64,000 nt of DNA from positions 121,458,001 through 121,522,000 of the forward strand of contig OX597816.1 in NCBI GenBank assembly GCA_951406725.2, given 5' to 3'. A program made the translations under genes and the position numbers. Positions 55,549-64,000 of this stretch are shown piece after piece. A model generated the notes under the pieces. It ran no database searches, was not told the DNA's origin, and saw only the letters and a program-made list of their open reading frames with translations. Positions within the stretch are counted from its first letter, which is position 1. Each line of letters begins with the position of its first letter. This DNA is from Octopus vulgaris. Lineage: Eukaryota.

Positions 55549-55710
55549 ACCACTGCTTGCCCAACTACGGAGTTGAACTCTTAAAGCACAAGAAATATTA
55601 CAATCTCTTCCTGACCTCCAATAAATGGCAATCGTCGCAGCGTTCCCCAAAAATTCAACCAATCGCTAACGTTCGAAGTTCAACTCTGTTGTCCCATTTC
55701 CCCGATATTT
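54330..55710. promoter_or_regulatory. CpG-retaining, (CT)n/(GT)n-rich candidate promoter/first-exon region
   Basis: Many CpGs compared with the preceding 52 kb. CRE-like cgacgtca at about 54453, ETS-like acttccg at about 54814 and CCAAT at about 55659. Minus-strand donor CAGG|GTGAGT at 54762. Confidence 0.4.
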
Positions 55711-56519
55711 ATATTATATGTAATATATATATATTAAGAGTTGGCTTGTGGATTAACAATTATAATGATGAGTAGGAATTTCCACACCAAGGATATTTCC
55801 AGTTTCTTATTTTATTTTTTATTTTAACCTTCTAATGAATACTTACACATTAATTTCTCATAAATCCATGTACACACAGCAGCCTGCAAGATGACTATGC
55901 ATCTATGTACGATTTTAAATACACACATATATTGTGTCTATAGACAAAAATTTGTGTGTGTGTGTGTGTGTTTGTTTGGCGTAGTGGTTGGGTGTGTTGC
56001 ACTCATGATCGTAAGATTGTGGTTTCAATACCTGGCTGGATCGGGCGTCGCGCTATGTTCTTGTCTGTCCACTCAGATGGCAAGAATTTGTAATACTGTG
56101 TTTCAGGGAAACCGCCTTATAAAGGTTTATGGCTCGAGAAAGACCAGTGATACGTTCATATATTCTTTTCTTCTTCTTTTTGCTTCAGTCATTTGACTGC
56201 GGCCATGCTGGAGCACTGCTACCCAGGACTTATTTTTTGTAAGCCTAGTACTTATTCTATCGGTCTGTTTTTCCGAATTGCTAAGTTACGGGGACGTGAA
56301 CACACTAACATCGGTTGTCAAGCGATGGTGGGAGGACAAACAAACACACACATACACACATATATGCGACGATTATTTCAGTTTCCATCACAAGGCTTTG
56401 GCCGGCCCGAGGCTATAGTAGAAGACACTTGACCAAGGTACCACGCAGAGGGACTGAACCCGGAACCAAGTGGTTGGTAAGCAAGCTACTTACCACACAG
56501 CCACTCCTGCGCCTAACAG

Positions 56520-56614
<95 letters not shown>

Positions 56615-56616
<2 letters not shown>

Positions 56617-57032
56617 TTTAAATATATTAAGTCTTTCTTCTCGAGGCTCTTTTCTCTTCTATATTTTTCTTCGCTCTGATGGAGCTCTATGTTCCAGATC
56701 GGATGTGTTACAAAACATGATGAATATTATTTTCAGAATTTTCAATGGCAACACCGTGGGACATTAGAAGCAGAAACGGCTGTTAGATGGGATAAATTCT
56801 TTGTATTAAAAAGTAATAATCGATGCTAGTCAATTGTTGTTGATCAATATTTCTCCATTTTCTGTTTACTTTAAATTTGATTCCTGATAAACTCATGTTT
56901 ATCTTTGTCATTGCCTGTATCCTATGAGCATAATATGCTTGCATATGTATGCCCAGGGTTAACAATTATACCGCTTGTAAAACGGATATTTTTATCCCTT
57001 AGACGGTTATTCCAACTCCTAACTCTACTAGC

Positions 57033-57034
<2 letters not shown>
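56615..57034 (+). mobile_element. Penelope pLTR-like non-coding element between two (TA)n tracts, with an extended-stem-II hammerhead-like motif
   Basis: CTGATGGA 56676-56683; gctctatgttcc pairs with gggacattagaagc; GAAAC-ggct-GTT 56773-56784. Flanked by (TA)n at 56522-56614 and 57035-57093. Confidence 0.55.
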
Positions 57035-57099
<65 letters not shown>

Positions 57100-58254
57100 A
57101 ATAAGGATAATATCGATATTATCAAGTGACCAGCATGGGAATAAATACCATACAAAGGTAATAATTGTTTACAACTATAAATAAGGGTATCTGAGAGACA
57201 CCACCATGCCGAAATAGCAGTCAAAACCCTGGCTCTAAAAACCACATTAAATGTTCATATCGCGCCGTGAGATAAGACAGAGAGACAAAATAAACTAGTT
57301 AAAAAAAAAGATATTACTGGATAATTCAAGATCCTGGATTTCTAGCTCTGCTTCAAATAAGCTCTGCCTTCGTCAGTTGAATATACCAGATGGGCACATA
57401 AATACAAATATATATATACAGAATATATTATACCGAGGTTGACTTTGTCTTTCATCCTTTCGGAGGTCATTAAAATAAGTTCCAGTTGAGTACTGGGGTC
57501 GATGTAATTGACTTATTCTCTCCGAAACTGATGGCCTTGTGCCTAATACTGAACGCATTAGGCTAAAGCGTTTTAAGGCGGCGAGCTGGCAGAATCGTTA
57601 GCGCTCCGGACAAAATGTTTAGGCGGTATTTCGTCCGTTTTACGTACTGAGTTCATCCCTTTCGGAGTCGATAAAATAAATATTGGATTGAAGTAATCAA
57701 CTTTCCCCTTTCTCTCGAAACTGTTGGCCTTCTACCAAAATGTGAAACTAAAGAGTTTTTCGTGTTTATGCAACTAGTTTGCATTCAGTTTACTTGAGTT
57801 AATGAAATGTACAGTGCATGTCGGAAATTGTAATGGTTGACAAATTACTCTTTTACCTTCTATATATCACTCAATACGTCAAAGTTGCATTACCTCCATA
57901 TCCTCCAACAGTGAGATAATAATCTAATCAACCTCAGCATAATAACTATACATAATAACTATAGGGTAGAGGCTGAGACTTCCTTCGGTCATGAATGATC
58001 ACGGCATTGCACGTAGAAAGTTCCTTCCGAGGCAGTCGCTCCTGCCTACCAGCCACCCTCTCCATGTCACCGATGTTATCAAATAAGGGGTATGAATAAA
58101 GCAGATTGGCACCAGTGACGTCGCAATTCATTTCTACAGATAAGTGAACTGGAGCAACATAAAATAAAGTGTCGTGCTCAAGAACACAAGACAGCCCGGG
58201 ACGAGAACCGAATTCAGTACCTTAGGATTGCAAACCCGATGCTCTAACCACTAC

Positions 58255-58800
58255 GTGTCTAGTTTCGGCATATTTGGCATTAGAAATTTTTTTCTTTTGC
58301 ACTTGTTTATAAGTTGTTTATAAATTTAACCTTTAAATGTATTTTTTAATATGCTGGCCATTGATAATATTTTTTTCGAAAAATTTTATCCTATATTAGA
58401 TGTAAATTTAATAGCGTTCACTTCCGGACTCTCTCACTCTATGAGAGTTTTCAGTTCGAATCGCACGTGTTTCGAATGGGCTGGAAAATTTCTATTTTGG
58501 ATATATTTGGGGTACTTAATTGTGCTCATGACTTAGAGTTTGCTTCTTCCATGGGTATAAGTAAGTATTTCATTTATTTCTTTGCCGCATTTATCACTGA
58601 CGAAGAAAGAGAAGGTTCTTATGAATTAACTCTGAAATCGGGTCCGATATGATAATAACGGAATTTTTTAGACATTTCTGTCGGCTTTCTTCGAGACACG
58701 TACTTATAGTGATGAATTATATGGTTATGGACGATGTGTCTAGTTTCGGCATATCTGGCATTATAATTTTTTTCTTTTGCCCTTGTTTATAAGCTGTATA
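58255..58800 (+). mobile_element. 481-bp unit with a 65-bp terminal direct repeat and an internal hammerhead-like motif (retrozyme/pLTR-like)
   Basis: gtgtctagtttcggcatat.tggcatta.aattttttcttttgc.cttgtttataag.tgt.ta at 58255 and 58736. CTGACGA 58597-58603 ... ctct-GAAA-tcgg-GTC 58630-58644. Confidence 0.6.
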
Positions 58801-58810
58801 TATATATAAA

Positions 58811-58823
58811 TCTATAAATCTGA

Positions 58824-58897
<74 letters not shown>

Positions 58898-58910
58898 TCA
58901 GATTTATAGA
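58811..58910. repeat. Perfect 100-bp palindrome centred on (AT)n
   Basis: tctataaatctgaactac-(at)n-gtagttcagatttataga; the arms are exact reverse complements. Confidence 0.9.
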
Positions 58911-59084
58911 AAAAGAAAAGATAAAGACAGGTGTAGGAACAAGAAGCAAATGTATTAGTTTGACGCTCGGGAAAAATGGAGAAGTCATTTACATTTCCAG
59001 CCTACGCTCTTCGACACTAAGTAATAAGTGAAAATAGAGAGAGAATGGAAAAACGTGTAGGGTTCAGCGGTCCAACATGGCAAT

Positions 59085-59235
59085 ACATTATTTTTCTTGT
59101 TTTCCTTATTAGTTCATTTAGAGTCCAGTTAAAGATATTGTACCTGTAACTTATAACTGGGATAGCTAGATTGTTGATACGTATTATCTTGTTTTTCACA
59201 TTGAGCTCTGTTTTCAGTATTAATCTAACTCGTCT
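59085..59235 (-). mobile_element. Non-LTR retrotransposon RT fragment, R4/Dong-like
   Basis: The minus strand gives RLILKTELNVKNKIIRINNLAIPVISYRYNIFNWTLNELIRKTRKIM. Directly adjacent to a (TAT)n tract at 59235-59261. Confidence 0.65.
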
Positions 59236-62200
59236 ATTATTATTATTATTATTATTATTATTTTGTTTTTAATCTGGTACTTACTCTGTCACACTCTTCT
59301 GTTGAACGGTGAAGATACAGGGACGTAAACAGACCGACGCCGGTTATTAAGCGATGAGGGACAAACACAAATACACACGCATGCGTGCGCATACACACAC
59401 AGAACGGGCTTCTATACAGTGGCCCGAGGCTATAGTAGAAGTTATTTGCCCAAGGTTCAACGAATGTAATTGAATCCCAAACCCCGCGGCTGCGGAGAAA
59501 GCTTCTTGACCACACAGCCATGGTCTGCGCCTATAAATATTAACGCCGTTCCCATACAGGAATCGGACCAGAGCTGCTTAGGTGAAAGTCAGGCATTGTT
59601 ACGCAATCAACAGCCACGCAGCGTAATGTTAACTGGACGGTGTGCGCGGATCGTACAAGGTGGCCACTTTATATACATATGTTTTCTGCAATAAAATATC
59701 CGTTACGTTTGAAGAAGAGGCGCTCTATCTGACTATTGCATAGGTGCAAAACCTACGCAACACATCTAATTGTTATAACTTCAACAGCTTAATGATTTAG
59801 GTTTCTTGTTCAGGATCTCAAAATATTTCATTCCTAACCAGTTGCTCTATAAAATTCAGAAATGTGTCACGAGAATACTGGGATCTTTTCTGTTTGGTTG
59901 CCAATTTTCAGTTTCTTCAATTTCTGTTCGAAATGATTTCATTTTCGGTGTAATGATATAGTTTTATATGCTAATCAATGCCTTGAAATTCATTTTCGCC
60001 ATAAATAAAAAAAATAAAGCGTTAATTTTAGCCAATCGTATGCCACAGATACATCCATTCCTCTTTCAATAGTATCAAGCCAAGCATGAGAACTCTTTTG
60101 TCTGTGAGAAAGCGCGTGTTGACAGTATATATTCTATTCATTGAGGTGGTGGTGAGATGTACGAAAAATAACAGCTAAATAAGCTTTAAATCACACACTT
60201 CCAAAATTTTTGGTTTTGGTTTTTGCATAATCGTATGAATTTCCGAGAAAGATCTCCTGAGATTCAGCTTAGTAAACTACATTAATGTACCACATTTTAA
60301 AATTTTCAATAAACTTTAAATTGGCAACCAAACTGAAAAGATTCCAGTACTGTTTTTTCTCAACACACATATTGTTTTATAATCCTTTCTATCATTAGCA
60401 TAAGGCCTGAGATCTTGAGGGAGGACCTCAGTACTTGACTGATACTTCCTTATATCGACTGCAAAATGCTGAAAAGCAAAGTCGAACTTGATGGACTTTG
60501 AACTCTGAACGCAAAATTGGAAATTTTTCCACGACAACCTAACGGTTCTGCTAGCTTGCCGTCATTCGAGAGTCTATATAATTAATGTAGTTGATTCAGC
60601 ACCAACACACTTAATGCAGTGAACAAGAACACTCTTAAGCGGCGAATTAGAAGGGTTGTTAAAGCATAAGACAAACTACCTCGCAGCATTCTATTCTGTG
60701 TTCAAATCCCGCTGGAGTTAACTTTGTTTTTCTTCCCTTTGGAATCGATGAATTAAGTCCAAGGCTTGGAGTGGTAGATGAGATGCGTTTAAGTATTTGT
60801 TTTGACTCTTTGCGTTCTTTGGTGACAGGCTTAAACCGTTGCCCAATTTAACTCAAGCCAAGTGTTCTAAATTGTGCGCGCGTATACGCTTTATAACCAG
60901 CGCACAAAGGAGAAAATGTACGCGTATAAGGTTTTGAAATCGAATTGTTTTAACTGATGAAATTTATCTCATAATTTCATAATCCCGAAAGGGTGAAACC
61001 AAATTCGACTCCGGTGGAATTTGAACTCAGAACGTAAAGACAGACGAAATGCCGCTAAGCATTTTACCTGGCGTGCTAATGACTCTGCCAGCTCGCTGCT
61101 TTATCTTATAATTTCATAACAGAACCAAAACATACTTATGATACACACTGAAAAATGGCGAGCATTTGTTTAGATGGTCAATATAACGATGATTTCTGGC
61201 ATGGATGAATACATGCTTTGCAAACAACGATAAAATTTGCACACAAATAAATTTCTACGCACATCCGCATCGACAAAAAAGAAAAAAAAAAGAGAGAAAA
61301 GAATTAGAAGAATCATTGCCAACCACCTGGTCCTTGGTTGCTTTTGGTGCGGTTAATTTTGCTGCAAGCATTCGGTTTGAAGACAACTTTCTTCCCTTCT
61401 TCTACAAGTCTCAGAGGCTCCGAAAAAAATTTTTTTTTAAACCTTGGCTAAACAGTGAAAAAAAGAAAATGAACAAATTGGGAAGTAAATAGGCGTCGTT
61501 ATGTGGTAAGAAGTTTGCCAAATATACGATTTGAGGTTCACTTCCACTACATGGCACCTTCGGCAAACGTTTTCTGCTATAGCCTCAGGCCGACCAAATC
61601 CTTGTGAGTAGATTTGGTAGATAGAAACTGAAAGAAGCTCTTCGTGTTTATACACACACACACACACAGAGAGAGGCCCACACACACACACAGAGGCCCA
61701 CACACAACCTTATACACACGCACGCACATATACACATAATCACACACACACACGATGATTGTCTACTCCTTGCAGAGCTTGATCTCTTCTTGTACCTATA
61801 ATCACTCTTTCCTAGCATGAGATCTTAAATGAAAGGTGTTTGAAGAGTTGATCACATATCTTGGAGCAATGCCTCGTTTTAGTATTGGTCCCATCTTCCG
61901 CTTGTTTATTCTGCAACTTGAAGTGTCGTTTCAATCTTTTATATGCCTTGCAGGTTTTTTTGACAGACATTGCATTGAAACTAATCATCCGGGATGAAAT
62001 TCTAAGTGTCCATGCAAACCTTGCTCACATGGACACGCTGGTGCGATATCATGCCAGTGTCAGATATGCATACTTTTGTGCATAAAGAACAGTTAAAGAG
62101 GGAACAAGAAACTCTTGCAAAGCTTATGATATTAATCTCGTTTTTACAAAATTTTCTTTGCAATTCAGCTTGCTTAAATCTTGCTCAAAATCTTTAACGC

Positions 62201-62657
62201 CGCTCCAAATCGTAGTTCTACATTCTATATACTGAAGTGCGCGTGTGTGTTTATGTCTGTGGTTGTCTCCCATCATCGCTTGACAACAAGCGTTGGTTTG
62301 TTTACATCTGCGTAACTTAGCGTTTCGGCAAAATGAGACGGACGGAATAAGAACAAGGTTTAAAAAAGTACTGGGGTTGATTTATTCGACTAAACCTTAA
62401 TACGTTGTGCCCCAGCACGGCCTCAGATCAGTGACTAAAACAAGTAAAGAGTATGATAAATGTTTAAAACTGATCAAGGCCGCATTAAATGTATTTGCAT
62501 TAACTAATTGTTTTCCTAAGTAATGACATCCGATTGCTTAACAAAATCTCATAACGTTCAACAAACCTCAGCTTACAAATACATTGTTTCTTTTCTGAGC
62601 CTCTTATACCATCTTCACAATAGTCTCTACTTATCTGAAGAAGAAAGCTACGTACCA

Positions 62658-62822
62658 GGCGCAGGCGTAGCTGTGTGATAAGAAGCTTACTTCCCAAACC
62701 ACATGGTTCTAGGTTCAGTCCCACTGCGTGGCACCTTGGACTAGAGTCTTCTATTATAGCCTCGAGCCAACCAAAACCTTGTGAGAGGATCTGGTAGATG
62801 GAAACTGAAAGAAGCTCGTTTT
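62658..62822 (+). mobile_element. SINE family B copy with CpGs retained
   Basis: ggcgcaggcgtagctgtgtgataagaagc...gttcagtcccactgcgtggcaccttgg...gaaactgaaagaagctcgtt followed by (TACA)n. Confidence 0.85.
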
Positions 62823-62827
62823 ATATA

Positions 62828-62863
<36 letters not shown>

Positions 62864-62881
62864 CATACATACATACATACA

Positions 62882-62914
<33 letters not shown>

Positions 62915-62973
62915 TTATAAAGTGCTAACTCACGAAACTCTCGAGCTTTCAGTCACTCTGTTATTTCTACTTG

Positions 62974-63039
<66 letters not shown>

Positions 63040-64000
63040 GCGCACACAAAGTGATTTTGGAGGGATCTATTATTCAGGCGGATATTATATTAGCTCTTTG
63101 TTTGGTTCCAGATGTAGGTTAACCACAACGGTCAATATCCAATGTCCGTGCCTACAACAAGTTGTTAGTCACTGGTGAATTCTTCCGGTGGGTACTTCAC
63201 TTCGAGGAAGACCAAATAGATGGAAGCTGGTGAAACTGCATTGACGACATTGCAAGATTGCATCTGCATCAATATGCAGTCGCTACAGTGGAAACACATG
63301 TCGGTCATTACTATGAAATAAATATTATGGATGTACAAGTCTCCACAATCCTTATCTCTTATTATAAAAGGCAGATTTTATCTGCCTCCCTTTGGGAGTT
63401 ATACAAATCTACAATATAGGATTTCTTCAATTACAATTTACCTTGCATTTTTAAGAGTACAATGCATCGCGTCATGCCAGGTCCAGTTTTTAAAATTTAA
63501 ACTCCAGTTAAGCAAAATGTACAGAAAACTCACATTCTGGTGTGTGTGTCAAATGCTTTTCTTAGTCTGGTTTACAGCACACGCAAACGCACACACACAG
63601 TGGGCAACGAATAAAATGAAAGTAATTGACTTACTGTAGTGAGTGATTCTTTCACTCTGCCTCCCACTTCCTCTTTCCACACAGACACGCAAATATATAA
63701 ATAAAATTGTAAGCTAACGTGCGTGTGTGTGAGTGGGTGTGTGTAGGTGTGCGCGTGTGTGTGTGTGTGTGAGGGTGCGTGTGTGTGTGTGTGTGTGCGT
63801 GTGCGTGAGTGTGTGACAGGAAAGTTTTTTACGACGAATATAACACCTATATCCAAGTAGCAGAAAGATAAGACAGTAAGGTGTGATTTGAGGGAGATTT
63901 GGCTGCTATTTCTACCATGTCTAGCTGCCATGTAGGGGTCTCCCTCATAGGCTCATACATACATATATACATAGATAAGACAGTAAGGTGTGATTTGGGG

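Noticed and set aside
61750-62220. Possible coding exon or transposase fragment
   Set aside because: Short ORFs with no motif I can recognise, so no call can be supported.
63867-64000. Direct repeat agataagacagtaaggtgtgatttg(a/g)ggg at about 63867 and 63973
   Set aside because: It is cut by the window edge and is most likely a tandem fragment of a common repeat. It cannot be evaluated here.

Overview
AT-rich, microsatellite- and SINE-dense animal genomic DNA. The repeat landscape of tRNA-headed SINEs, RTE tails ending in (GAT)n and Penelope relics in (TA)n looks like octopus/coleoid cephalopod (inference). The only host gene I can support is the 3' part of a YAP/Yorkie (YAP1/TAZ family) Hippo-pathway co-activator on the + strand. 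It has six coding exons (13313-13536, 21463-21722, 23906-24056, 28180-28260, 33720-33829, 36067-36147) with GT-AG junctions and compatible phases, 907 nt in total. They encode the end of WW1, WW2, a Q/P-rich coiled coil, the LATS/CK1 phosphodegron and the acidic activation domain, ending in ...DGLLWL*. The N-terminal exons lie upstream of the window, and a long SINE-poor 3' UTR probably follows. The rest is mobile DNA: several SINE families, RTE, R4/Dong-like, Gypsy and Penelope fragments, and hAT- and piggyBac-type MITEs. The most interesting signals are: (1) a dense set of hammerhead-ribozyme-like motifs in short non-coding elements, including a tRNA-headed SINE with a hammerhead-like tail, a 481-bp retrozyme-like unit and an inverted pair beside the distal YAP poly(A) candidates; (2) a CpG-depletion boundary near 52-54 kb with a candidate antisense promoter/first exon; and (3) a YAP C-terminus with a TAZ-like degron and an altered PDZ-binding motif. 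All alignments and folds were done by eye and no searches were run.
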